A stretch of 64,000 nt of DNA from a virus (IMGVR_UViG_3300017767_000004:2589-66588), one strand, 5' to 3'. Numbered from the stretch's first letter, positions 37,308 to 46,859 are shown. The notes: a model not told the origin generated them from the letters alone. Numbers and translations are program-made.

Positions 37308-38054
37308 ATGTGGCGTGTAGTAAATAATGAATCCGATAAACCCATGCGAAAGAATTTCGATAGCAAAAAAGATGCTGAAGAATATAGGCAAAAATTGAAC
37401 AATCCTCGAATCCACAGTATAAGAAGATATGACGCAAGTAGTAAAGACTTAGATTACGCTTACATGAATGATTCTGTTGTAACGGGATGGCCTGGAAGCG
37501 GTAAAATTTCGAACATACGACGTAATGCAGATGGTACAGTTCGTCAAGTAAAGATAACACTGCAAGATGGAACGAAGAGCCCATGGCTAAATGCAAATAG
37601 CGTACAAATAGATCGCACATACAATAGTCAATTTTCGCCTCACATGATGTACGACCCAAAAACCGGCGAGGGATATTATGCGGAGCGTAAAGAAGACCAT
37701 TTGAAATGGAAAGGAATGGGTTATACGCATTCCCCCATGAAATATTCAAAGAAAAAGACTGGCATGAACTGCGGCTGTGGACAAAATCCATGCAGAACAT
37801 ACGGGCGAAACAAAAAAGGACAGACCAAGGATTATTTCCGAGGTAACAAAGATGCAGTTGGCTTGAAACGGTTAGATGGAAATAACTTCTTTTTGGAGAG
37901 CGTTTACAAAACAAAAGTTAGTGCAAGAAGTCAACTAAACAGAATTAAAAAAGAAACGGGCGGATACGTCAATGCAAGAGTAGTGAAGAATCGAAACGGT
38001 TGGGGCGTTTACACTGCTTTATCAAAGAAATTCAAGAAAGAAAATTTGAGGTGA
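37308..38054 (+). CDS. Mosaic basic protein with C-terminal shared module
   Basis: FSPHMMYDPKTGEGY...DHLKWKGMGYTH; CGCGQNPCRTYG; KRLDGNNF...GYVNARVVKNRNGWGVY. Confidence 0.8.
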   Translation: MWRVVNNESDKPMRKNFDSKKDAEEYRQKLNNPRIHSIRRYDASSKDLDYAYMNDSVVTGWPGSGKISNIRRNADGTVRQVKITLQDGTKSPWLNANSVQIDRTYNSQFSPHMMYDPKTGEGYYAERKEDHLKWKGMGYTHSPMKYSKKKTGMNCGCGQNPCRTYGRNKKGQTKDYFRGNKDAVGLKRLDGNNFFLESVYKTKVSARSQLNRIKKETGGYVNARVVKNRNGWGVYTALSKKFKKENLR

Positions 38055-38058
38055 AAGT

Positions 38059-40164
38059 GTGAATAATGTAAGAATCGTAAACATGAGGACTGGAGAGTTA
38101 ATCAAGACGTTTCCAGAAGGTCGAGCCGGATTTAGAGAGGCTGAATCATACTTAACCCGAATAAATAAGTCAACTATGGAAAATCACTACTTGGAATACA
38201 TGAGTAATGGCCGTACAAAAAGACGGTATGGTTTTCAATTAGATTATTCCTTGCCAGTCACTTCATCTAACCAAGGCGATACAGTAAACTCCATCATAGG
38301 AGGAAGTGGTTCATTTGGTGGTGGCGCTCCGAGTTTTGATCCATCGTTGCCAACAAACCCCACACCCACACCTACGCCTCCTGATGGTGGCAATCCTCCA
38401 ACTCCAACTCCAATAACCCCTACAAATCCAGGCGGAGGTCCTGTTGGCGGAGGCTCTGTTTCACCACCCGTATATGTCGCCCCTACAAATCCGCCATCCC
38501 AAAATTTACCATTGCGGCCATATGAAGAAGCGCCCCTTGTAGTAACCGGTGCTTCGGATAATAACGATGCAAATGTCGAGGCAATGGTCGAAAGCGCAAA
38601 TGAAGATACAAGTTATACTCCTTTATTGATAGGTGCAGCAGGGGTGTTAGGCGCTGCTGGCCTTTACCTATTGAATGATGGTGATGATGAGGATAAAAAG
38701 CCAAAGAAAAGGAAGCGTAACAGGACAAAGGAAGAAGCACAAAAGGCCTTTGCATCTGATTTCAGAGTCATTGTAAAGACTTCTGCTCAGAAGGATTTGT
38801 TGAAATTACTTGAAATCGATTTTGCTCGAAAAGGGCCGCTTTTTATGGCTTATTCGAAAGACAAGCTCTCGTTGAATACTTCGAGGGATGGTTGGGTAAT
38901 AGAAACTAAAGCCAAAGGTTTTCTGCCCTACTCCGAGGAAAATTTTGGCATGATACCAGGTTTTGCAAGGTTGCCTTCGGATCAATACTATTACTCAACT
39001 GATGGTTCCGTAGTAATGAATAGAGATGATTTCTCTGCCAGAGTTAAGGCCGGATTATACACTAAGCCTTCAAAGGTGCCTGGCTCTCCTGGCGCTTTGG
39101 TGTTTCAAGACCAAATCGGCAGAACGATATATGTTCAACCAGCAAGGTCTGATGCGTTCATACCTGCATTAAACAACACTATCGAAGGATATGTCAACCG
39201 TATCCCTTATGATCCAAAAGCCAAAGCCAAGGCTGATGATGTTTCAATCGAAGTAAAAAATGCTATGGCGAAGGTTGATGCTTTGAAGGCTCAAAGAGAT
39301 ATGCAAGATGCGGGGGTTATGACTGCTGATGAATATATCAAATCATTATCAGCAACAAATACAACCGATCAACGGATTCTCAGGCAACAAAAATTAGAGA
39401 CACGTCAAAAAGAAGAACGGGAAAAACGAAAGAAGGCGTTGGAAGCGGCAGAAAAGGAAAAATTAGAGAAGGAAAGAGCCTTTGTTCAACAGATGAATGA
39501 TAATTTAGCAAAAGAAGTATCTGATTCCGCGGTCACTAATACAAGGTATTCTTATGATAAAAAGTGGGTTACACAATATGTACAGTCAGGTCTTGGAGGG
39601 ACTATTTCGCCATCCAGTATCGTTTCTTCATCATACGAATATTCCCCGTCTGGTTCAAAGCTTGTTTTGCAATATACTCCTGAGCACGCACAGGCGATAG
39701 GTTTGCCTAACGGTTTCACTTCTCAGTCTTTCTCGAGAGCCAGTATGGTCGAATTGGGAGTCATACCGTCCAGGTATGGCCCTTCATTCAGCCCTATATT
39801 CGTCACTGGAATGACTCCGACGTGGGCAAAGAAGACACAATCGGGCGATTTAGGTGGTGCTGCAAAATTAGCAACTGCAAATGTCCGAGATGCAACTGTC
39901 GGTGGTGGCGGGGCTTCATTGAGCCTTAATGCGTTTGGTGCTAAAGGTCCAACAATGGGTACAAAGACATTTTTCAAGAGAATCCCTCAACTTTACAAGA
40001 GAAACATCAAACAAAAATCATTTATCGGTGCAAATAAGACCCTTCCGAAGAATAATGCCCGACTTATTGCACATAGAGCAAGGCAAAGAGGTCTTACGGC
40101 ACGAACTATACCCGCCAAAGATGGATACCGAGTATATATTGGCCCAATGAGAAAGGGTGGTTGA
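38059..40164 (+). CDS. Single-pass membrane protein with Pro/Thr-rich N-terminal region and C-terminal shared module
   Basis: PTNPTPTPTPP tract; TM LLIGAAGVLGAAGLYLL followed by KKPKKRKR; C-terminal NARLIAHRARQRGLTARTIPAKDGYRVYIGP. Confidence 0.8.
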   Translation: MNNVRIVNMRTGELIKTFPEGRAGFREAESYLTRINKSTMENHYLEYMSNGRTKRRYGFQLDYSLPVTSSNQGDTVNSIIGGSGSFGGGAPSFDPSLPTNPTPTPTPPDGGNPPTPTPITPTNPGGGPVGGGSVSPPVYVAPTNPPSQNLPLRPYEEAPLVVTGASDNNDANVEAMVESANEDTSYTPLLIGAAGVLGAAGLYLLNDGDDEDKKPKKRKRNRTKEEAQKAFASDFRVIVKTSAQKDLLKLLEIDFARKGPLFMAYSKDKLSLNTSRDGWVIETKAKGFLPYSEENFGMIPGFARLPSDQYYYSTDGSVVMNRDDFSARVKAGLYTKPSKVPGSPGALVFQDQIGRTIYVQPARSDAFIPALNNTIEGYVNRIPYDPKAKAKADDVSIEVKNAMAKVDALKAQRDMQDAGVMTADEYIKSLSATNTTDQRILRQQKLETRQKEEREKRKKALEAAEKEKLEKERAFVQQMNDNLAKEVSDSAVTNTRYSYDKKWVTQYVQSGLGGTISPSSIVSSSYEYSPSGSKLVLQYTPEHAQAIGLPNGFTSQSFSRASMVELGVIPSRYGPSFSPIFVTGMTPTWAKKTQSGDLGGAAKLATANVRDATVGGGGASLSLNAFGAKGPTMGTKTFFKRIPQLYKRNIKQKSFIGANKTLPKNNARLIAHRARQRGLTARTIPAKDGYRVYIGPMRKGG

Positions 40165-40165
40165 A

Positions 40166-41413
40166 TTGGATGGTTATAATTTTGGCACCAGGGGCGAACT
40201 AAGGCGCAGGTTGATGCAGAATAACGAAAAATTGTCACTTGAAATGTTGACCCTCCCCCTTGATACTTACCGCACATTAGAGCGAGAACATCAATTCGCA
40301 GTTGAATTTGTTCAGTCGAATCCTGCCTCCGCAGATCTAAAAGTGCTTGATGATTCAGATGAATCAGGGGCATATCACGTTTATGCTGCAACCGTTGATG
40401 GCACATTCATTGACGCTTGGGGTGTATATGATGATGAGCAAAAACTGCTTCAGCAATACAGGCTAAGGAGGTTTAGAGGGAACTTGCCAGTTCCTTCGAG
40501 GTTGGTTGATTCAAGGTTCATCGTGGCTAAAAATTTGAGGACTGGCAAGTTGAAGCCATTTATCACAGATGATTGGGATTCAAATGACATTGAAATCGAT
40601 GATGATTTCCCCGAAGAAAGCGAATTGGAAGATGATTACGATGCTGATGGCGAATATGTTGATTTGAGCGTAGGTTATCGAGATATTATCAATACAAGTC
40701 TGTTAGAAGGGATTTTAGACAAAGACAATCAAGCTTGGAAAAACGTTGATGAGTCAAATCGGTTATTCAGGGAAAGAGGACAAAGTGAAGCGATGAGGGC
40801 TTTAGATTTGCAAACATCATGGTTTGACTCTGCCGAAAAAGAAATTTGTTTGTCGTGTGGAGAGTTTGTTGGTAGTTGCAAAAGAGACGGGATGCGCTAC
40901 GGATGCAAACCGCGCAAATATCCGAAGAGGTCTGAAGGAGACGAGAGATGGGCGATTGTCAGAAAAAGGAAACCTCAGCGTGTCGAGATAGAGATGGAGC
41001 CTGGGTCTTCTTTGGAAGATGCAAGAGCCCGTAAGGAATCTTATGAAAGATACCAAATTAACTCATTTTTCGAGGGAGATGTAAAGTGGATGCAGAATAG
41101 CAAGGGCGATGTATTTCCCGTTCTCCGGTCAACGGGCCAAAGGATTGCCTCTCCCGAACCGATGGTGATTAAGAAAATAATTTCTGGTGGATCTGTGAAT
41201 TCCGAGGGAGAATGGCAAGATTACAAACTAAGCCGTAGGGCGTACCGGCGAAACCTAAATGGTTCAAAATTCGTTGGCACACAATCCACGTTTACCAAAG
41301 ACAAAGCCCGAGCCATCGCTGGATGGGTTCGAAACAACAACGACCTAAACGCAAGAGTAATTCCTTCTTCGAACGGATATAGAATATATTTAGGTAAAAG
41401 GATGGCGAGATAA
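40166..41413 (+). CDS. Hypothetical protein with C-terminal shared module
   Basis: RRNLNGSKF...KARAIAGWVRNNNDLNARVIPSSNGYRIYLG; start is TTG 40166 or GTG 40157. Confidence 0.8.
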   Translation: MDGYNFGTRGELRRRLMQNNEKLSLEMLTLPLDTYRTLEREHQFAVEFVQSNPASADLKVLDDSDESGAYHVYAATVDGTFIDAWGVYDDEQKLLQQYRLRRFRGNLPVPSRLVDSRFIVAKNLRTGKLKPFITDDWDSNDIEIDDDFPEESELEDDYDADGEYVDLSVGYRDIINTSLLEGILDKDNQAWKNVDESNRLFRERGQSEAMRALDLQTSWFDSAEKEICLSCGEFVGSCKRDGMRYGCKPRKYPKRSEGDERWAIVRKRKPQRVEIEMEPGSSLEDARARKESYERYQINSFFEGDVKWMQNSKGDVFPVLRSTGQRIASPEPMVIKKIISGGSVNSEGEWQDYKLSRRAYRRNLNGSKFVGTQSTFTKDKARAIAGWVRNNNDLNARVIPSSNGYRIYLGKRMAR

Positions 41414-43437
41414 TGGGTTCATGTGGTTGCAAAAATGGAATGAAAGGCGGTTCGCCTTGCAATTGTGCCAATTGTGTCAGAAAAAGAGGTAAAACATATT
41501 ATCGAAACTTTGGTGGAAATCAATTCATTGGCACCAAACCAATCAAAGCGGTCAATGCTCAAATTTTAGCAAACAAAGTTCGCTCGCTGGGCAGGAACGT
41601 CAGAGTCATAAACACTGCTGGAGGTAAGCGTTTGTACATCAGCGCACAGAAAAGACCTTACAATCGATTGACAAAGCCCCCTGAGTTAAGTTTAGTTGAA
41701 CTAAAGAATAGGCATGAATTGAGGCCTAAAAATAATGAGTGGTTTTCCGCACAGCGTAACAAAATGCTATCAGTCAATGAGCCTGTATATTCGCTCGTAG
41801 TAGATGGAGATGTTCCATATGGAGAAGTTCCAAAATTAAACGATCCTGAAGGACCGTATATGAATTGGTTGTATCCAGTTAGTGTGTCGAATAGTGTCAA
41901 TCCTCTTTACCTTGCGTATGAATGGTTAGAATACGTTAAGAATCCTCAAGCTCCAGAGAACAGAAAAATACGCCAGCATCTAATGTCTGAAGGCTATACT
42001 GATGCCGACATACAAACAATTACTGATGAAGTAGGCAGAGCCGTCCCCACGCTGGCTAATGAATGGTTGCAGTGGTATCAAAATGGCCGTCAGCAGAGAA
42101 GCAACATTGGCAGCCACCGAGACCCCGATGTTATGCCTCGCAAGTCCGTCAAATGGGAAATAACTGAAGACGGGGTGCAGGATTACCAAGAGCCAGAAAT
42201 ACCCGAAATACCTGAAGAACCTCGTATGTCATTACCTGCAATGTCCTTATTGATCCGTTTGGCTGATGCACTGCCTGCTGAAGTTATCAATAATGCAACA
42301 AGGAATTGGCAAGAGGATGGAGGCCAGGCTTTGACGACCACATATTTTGATTCGGACTCATTTGGTGAAGTAAAAGTTCCTGCAATTGGCGCTGGGGTTT
42401 TCAATAGAAGATTGTCAAATATGTATGTGAACCAATTACCAATCAAAAATCAAAGAATGCTCGAAAAAAGAGTTCGAAGAAGGTTACAACAAATTCACGG
42501 CAAAAACAACCCCGATTTGGAATCATGGGTAAATGATGCCATGAGTTCAAGATTGTCTGACTTAACTGACTTAATTGGCATGTCAACAGTTCAAGAGATT
42601 GCTGATAAAGATAATTCGACTCGCAGATATGACATGACTTGGAATGAGTGGAGAAGTAAATTTACGGGCAAGATGCCTGGTGAGTTTAGATTGTTACGTT
42701 TGCCTTACTCTGAAGTCAACGTCTCTATGGGGGTTGCAGGAGAATACATGATTGGGCAGAAGGTTGGCAATGGGGTACAATTATACAGAATCAATGAGGA
42801 TTCAAGCTCTTCTATGCTCGATAGCAAATTTTCATTTCCTATATCGCCAAATGAAGCAGGATGGGATATGAGCAAAGTGAATATCAAGTCAGGGGCATCA
42901 GTAAAAGAGGCGATTCTAATGGATCAAGCCACAACTATTGGGCGTGTTAGGAGGTCAAAAGACTCTGATGCCGAATATAAGGCTTCTAAGGCACTTGCAG
43001 ATGAAGTGTGGGAACAAGAATATGAATATTACCAAGACTTCATAGAGTCAAATTCGAATAATACATTGCCTGATGATGTTTCATGGGTTATTTACGCAGA
43101 GAAATTGGCACAACAGCGATACAAGGATAAGCGCCAATGGAACAAGATTGCTAAAATTGATGCATTGAAACTCCAGAATAAAGAGCAACTTTCGTTATTC
43201 GATGAATGGAGAAAAAGAAAGGGCATTCCCGACAGAGTAGTTCCTTACATTCACGAAAAGAATTTCATGGGTATGGGTGACCGCCTTCGTTTGTTAGGAG
43301 GCCAAGATACCAAATTTACTAACTTGAGGAAATACGACTTGATGCTTGGTTTTTCGGGATTCAATCCCGACAACTATGATAAAAATGATAATGGCGTGCA
43401 CGATAAATTAGAATCGGAGGATGAGAATAATGAATAG
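41413..43437 (+). CDS. Hypothetical protein with Cys-rich N-terminus and N-terminal shared module
   Basis: MGSCGC...CNCANC; RNFGGNQF...AQILANKVRSLGRNVRVINTAGGKRLYIS. Confidence 0.8.
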   Translation: MGSCGCKNGMKGGSPCNCANCVRKRGKTYYRNFGGNQFIGTKPIKAVNAQILANKVRSLGRNVRVINTAGGKRLYISAQKRPYNRLTKPPELSLVELKNRHELRPKNNEWFSAQRNKMLSVNEPVYSLVVDGDVPYGEVPKLNDPEGPYMNWLYPVSVSNSVNPLYLAYEWLEYVKNPQAPENRKIRQHLMSEGYTDADIQTITDEVGRAVPTLANEWLQWYQNGRQQRSNIGSHRDPDVMPRKSVKWEITEDGVQDYQEPEIPEIPEEPRMSLPAMSLLIRLADALPAEVINNATRNWQEDGGQALTTTYFDSDSFGEVKVPAIGAGVFNRRLSNMYVNQLPIKNQRMLEKRVRRRLQQIHGKNNPDLESWVNDAMSSRLSDLTDLIGMSTVQEIADKDNSTRRYDMTWNEWRSKFTGKMPGEFRLLRLPYSEVNVSMGVAGEYMIGQKVGNGVQLYRINEDSSSSMLDSKFSFPISPNEAGWDMSKVNIKSGASVKEAILMDQATTIGRVRRSKDSDAEYKASKALADEVWEQEYEYYQDFIESNSNNTLPDDVSWVIYAEKLAQQRYKDKRQWNKIAKIDALKLQNKEQLSLFDEWRKRKGIPDRVVPYIHEKNFMGMGDRLRLLGGQDTKFTNLRKYDLMLGFSGFNPDNYDKNDNGVHDKLESEDENNE

Positions 43438-43819
43438 ACTTGGAAATGGCTTAATGACTGCAATAATACTTTTACCTGTTGGAATAATTACATTTGGATT
43501 GATGGTAATTTCTGAAAGTGATTACCAGGATTTGAATGATTTAGGGTCTGGTGCATCGTACATTTTCTTTGGCGTGATTGTAGGGGCGATTTACGCAGTG
43601 ATTGGCGAACAGGGGATGATTGAGAATAACCGCAGTTATCTTGCAAATCCAATTACAGACGTTTTAGCGTTTACAGGTTCGGCGTTCATTGTAGTAAGAG
43701 GTTTTCAAATTGAAGAATATTTCTTTTGCTTGATTGGTAGTGCGATCTATACTATACACTTATTCCAAGTTTTGTTTAAGAATGGATTTAATCCTCCCGA
43801 GGTTGTGAGAAGTCAATGA
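43430..43819 (+). CDS. Membrane protein (4 TM)
   Basis: Hydrophobic helices; SD GGAGG. Confidence 0.7.
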   Translation: MNRLGNGLMTAIILLPVGIITFGLMVISESDYQDLNDLGSGASYIFFGVIVGAIYAVIGEQGMIENNRSYLANPITDVLAFTGSAFIVVRGFQIEEYFFCLIGSAIYTIHLFQVLFKNGFNPPEVVRSQ

Positions 43820-44154
43820 GTTGGAGAGATAGATTGGTTTTTGGTCGGAGAGGGCCAGGATATACAGACCAGATGATTTTTGATTGGTGGTCTTTAGTTC
43901 ATTTTACAAGTGGCTTCATTCTTGCTTTCCTTGGCGCTGAATTCTTAGTCGCATTGGCAATATTGGTATTATTCGAGTTTTGGGAGAACAGTAGGTATGG
44001 TGTTAATTTTTGGAGGACTTTCCCCGATTGGTTGCCTGTTAAAATTGAAATGATTGAAAGTCAAAAACAATACCAGGGCGATTCTTGGGGAAATTTGTTT
44101 TTCGATATTCTTTTTGGTTTGGCAGGTTTTTATGTCGGAGGAATGTTGCTATGA
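43816..44154 (+). CDS. DUF2585-like membrane protein
   Basis: DWWSLVHF..G...FEFWEN...GDSWGNLFFD. Confidence 0.6.
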   Translation: MSWRDRLVFGRRGPGYTDQMIFDWWSLVHFTSGFILAFLGAEFLVALAILVLFEFWENSRYGVNFWRTFPDWLPVKIEMIESQKQYQGDSWGNLFFDILFGLAGFYVGGMLL

Positions 44155-44354
44155 CCATTCATTTCACTATTCAGCAAGACAAAATCATTCATTCATTTAG
44201 AGATTATCCGAAAGGATGGGTTATTGATACTAAAGCAATTGATCGTTGTTCGATTTGCGGAGTTGATGTGAGAAGCCCCGTTATTGTTCGAGATACTTTC
44301 AAGTTTAGAACTCGATTTAGAACGTATGTAATGTGTGTCAAATCAACCGAATAG
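44151..44354 (+). CDS. Small hypothetical protein (67 aa), CxxC plus CxxS
   Basis: ATGA overlap and GGAGG; RCSICG...MCVKS. Confidence 0.55.
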   Translation: MTIHFTIQQDKIIHSFRDYPKGWVIDTKAIDRCSICGVDVRSPVIVRDTFKFRTRFRTYVMCVKSTE

Positions 44355-44392
44355 TCGTATATCTTCAAAAGTGTTTTTTGGATGGTACTGCC
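44334..44392 (+). promoter_or_regulatory. Bipartite promoter, copy 7
   Basis: TGTG at 44334, TCTTCAAA at 44362, GCC-ATG at 44393. Confidence 0.65.
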
Positions 44393-45046
44393 ATGGAAGC
44401 CGAAGCATATGATTCAATCCTCTTTATTTATGGCTGCTTCAGTATTCTTTTTGCGATAGGTTGTTTGATTGAACTATCGACATTAAGAAACCGATGGAGA
44501 GGCGTAGGCGACTCTCGATGGCTTATCCTTGGTACGGCTATTATGGGCGTGTCAGGTTTGGTTGCTATCACCCAATCATCGACTTATTACGATTGGTTAT
44601 TGACAGTTCCCTTGATTTATTTTGCATTATCGCTTAGGATTACAGAGGAAAAGGCCAATCGAGAAATGCTTGGACTCGCTTTTTGGAGTGTCATAACGAT
44701 TATTGGCGCTATTACCATTGAAGGATTTGATTACAGTTTTGAACAAAGGGCGGGGCTGATTACTCCCTTGGCAGTTCTTTTTGGATGGTTTTATTTCCAA
44801 GCAATTAGAAGGGGAGTGTTAGGCTCTTTGACATTTTTTGAGCAGTTTAATTTCATTCTAATTCTGGCATATCCTATACTGTGGTTTAGTGCTGGTATGA
44901 CAATATCGGATACTTCTCATTTTGACGGTTCTATTCTTGATATGATCGGTTGGACTTTCTATGATTATTTGGCAATCTATGTCGTCTTGTCTGTCTTCTG
45001 TAAAATCCTATTGAGTCTGAGTCACGTTCGCCTTACATACCAATAA
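44393..45046 (+). CDS. Divergent type-1 (proteorhodopsin-like) microbial rhodopsin
   Basis: Seven hydrophobic helices; helix C YYDWLLTVPL; helix F AYP; helix G Y-x7-K (YVVLSVFCKIL) aligning with PR YNLADFVNKIL. Confidence 0.75.
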   Translation: MEAEAYDSILFIYGCFSILFAIGCLIELSTLRNRWRGVGDSRWLILGTAIMGVSGLVAITQSSTYYDWLLTVPLIYFALSLRITEEKANREMLGLAFWSVITIIGAITIEGFDYSFEQRAGLITPLAVLFGWFYFQAIRRGVLGSLTFFEQFNFILILAYPILWFSAGMTISDTSHFDGSILDMIGWTFYDYLAIYVVLSVFCKILLSLSHVRLTYQ

Positions 45047-45047
45047 C

Positions 45048-45106
45048 TGTGATTATTGCTCTTATCAAGTGGGTATTTTGAAAAGTGGTGCTATAATGCA
45101 AATTTC
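45048..45106 (+). promoter_or_regulatory. Bipartite promoter, copy 8
   Basis: TGTGATTATTGCT at 45048, TTTTGAAA at 45076, ATG at 45107. Confidence 0.7.
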
Positions 45107-46855
45107 ATGGGTGGCAGTTCTGCAAGCATTAAATCTCAATTATCCGAGTGGTTAAGTGGAAATATTGGCGCTCAAGTCAAACCCCCAAACTCATTATGGA
45201 TGGTTGGTCGGAACGATGCTCCCTCGTCTAAATCTCAATTCAAAACTACGACTGGCTGGGGTGTTGGTTCTGGCGGAGCTACAATCGGACCTGGCCCTTC
45301 GACAGATGGTTTGATCCCTCTATTCTCAAGTAAAAACGAAGCAGAAAGGGAATTGAAGAATATTCAAGATGAAATGTCGGATTTTAGAAAGACAAGTGCG
45401 AGATATGAAGTTAGCAATGTTGAATGGAAAGATTTTGCAGGCGTGACCAAGAATATTTCCAAACTATACAAAGGTGATAAAAAATCTGCTCCATTTGAAA
45501 AAATGAGTCGAAAGCAACTTTTAGATTTTGTACTTGCTAACAATATAACCTACGGGAATAAAGGCCCGATGGCTAATAAGCCAATTTTGCAAAATACTTC
45601 GAAGAATAAAAAATGGCTTTTGGATAGGATACTGAAGTGGGAGAAAAATCAAGATTTGGATAAAATATCTGGATTTGAAACTCGGTGGAATAAATTAACT
45701 TTTGATGATTATTCCTTACCCAATAAACCTGAAAATGTAAAGGAATTGCAGTTAATTGCAACGGACAGGGCTGAATTTCAATCGCGTTTGACTCGACCAG
45801 ATAGAGTAAGGCCCGAGTTCTCTAAATTCAAGGATTTATCTCCGAGAGCAAAAAAACGCGCTCGGAGGTTAAGCGGGAGATTTGAAGACATAACTGAAAA
45901 CTATTCTTCGTCAAAGACGTATGTTGTTGATTCAGAGCTTGAAGGCTGGCGATTCACAAAAAATGGCGGTATCGTATATTCAGAAGGTAATATTGAGGGT
46001 TTAATTGAAGTTAATGGTTTGGACCCTGCTTTAGCAACAGGAGATTGGAAAGGAAAAGAATTTCCTGAGTTTAGTGAAAATTGGCAGGTTGTCCCTGTAA
46101 CCGATGTTTCCATGCTTGAGGCAGATTCAAGAATTGAAGGCTTTCTATTACCTGACGGTAAAGTGCTTGAAATCGAAAATCCAACCAATAAAGGCAATTT
46201 GCTTACGGAGAAATCCTATTTTAGAGAGCCAACAAGATCCGAATTAGACGAGCAGGTATTTTCGAATCCAGCGTATAGGGATAGAACCAAGGCTGGAAAG
46301 AGTGTTGGTCCGACGTTCAAATGGAGTAACCTTTTGTATCGAAATGATGTTTTTGGTAAAGGGGCAAGGCAGTTGCCTGAATTGCTTATTTCTAATCAAC
46401 ATTCATTCATCGAAAAGACCCGTAAGAATCCTACAAAATTTAATTCAACTTCAACATTTCAATTTGCTCGGAATTACAAAATTGATTCTGGCACTGGAAA
46501 GAAAATGAGCGTTCGCTACGTGTCGAGAAAGGCAGGCGAGGGTTTGGTTATTTGGAAAGACAAAAAAATTGCTCGCAAGGCTGCTAAACAAGCGAGGAAA
46601 GGTGGTTATTTGATTCGAACCGTCGAAGTTTCTGGTGGTTTTGTAAATTTAGCCGCCAGGAGACAACATTGGCCGAGTTATCATCCTAAATATAGTGAAG
46701 AAAATAGAGAATACTTGGAGTCCAAGGGCGTTCCAATGTACAAAACCAAAGTGAAAGCAGGTTATGGTGGCGCAAGTCGTACAGTGATGGACGAAACCAT
46801 AAACAAATCAAAATTCCCCAAGAAAATGAACAGTTATTGGAGAAAAAAGAGGTGA
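45107..46855 (+). CDS. Hypothetical protein with SAP/Rho-N-like segment and sub-terminal shared module
   Basis: FEKMSRKQLLDFVLANNI...KKWLLDRIL; IARKAAKQARKGGYLIRTVEVSGGFVNL. Confidence 0.75.
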   Translation: MGGSSASIKSQLSEWLSGNIGAQVKPPNSLWMVGRNDAPSSKSQFKTTTGWGVGSGGATIGPGPSTDGLIPLFSSKNEAERELKNIQDEMSDFRKTSARYEVSNVEWKDFAGVTKNISKLYKGDKKSAPFEKMSRKQLLDFVLANNITYGNKGPMANKPILQNTSKNKKWLLDRILKWEKNQDLDKISGFETRWNKLTFDDYSLPNKPENVKELQLIATDRAEFQSRLTRPDRVRPEFSKFKDLSPRAKKRARRLSGRFEDITENYSSSKTYVVDSELEGWRFTKNGGIVYSEGNIEGLIEVNGLDPALATGDWKGKEFPEFSENWQVVPVTDVSMLEADSRIEGFLLPDGKVLEIENPTNKGNLLTEKSYFREPTRSELDEQVFSNPAYRDRTKAGKSVGPTFKWSNLLYRNDVFGKGARQLPELLISNQHSFIEKTRKNPTKFNSTSTFQFARNYKIDSGTGKKMSVRYVSRKAGEGLVIWKDKKIARKAAKQARKGGYLIRTVEVSGGFVNLAARRQHWPSYHPKYSEENREYLESKGVPMYKTKVKAGYGGASRTVMDETINKSKFPKKMNSYWRKKR

Positions 46856-46859
46856 ATTT

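Noticed and set aside
37261-37914. Other long opposite-strand ORFs (e.g. 22-411, 37261-37914, 51978-52490, 59821-60246, 60331-60708)
   Set aside because: They lie antisense to well-supported genes and lack SD sites or recognisable motifs.
38340-38520. Borg-style perfect nucleotide tandem repeats
   Set aside because: The Pro/Thr tract uses varied codons; it is low-complexity protein, not a perfect DNA repeat.
40190-40440. Transglutaminase/papain-like motif (FA...HVY...DG.FIDAWG) in the 40166 protein
   Set aside because: The expected catalytic Cys position is Glu and the match is short; cannot support an enzyme call.
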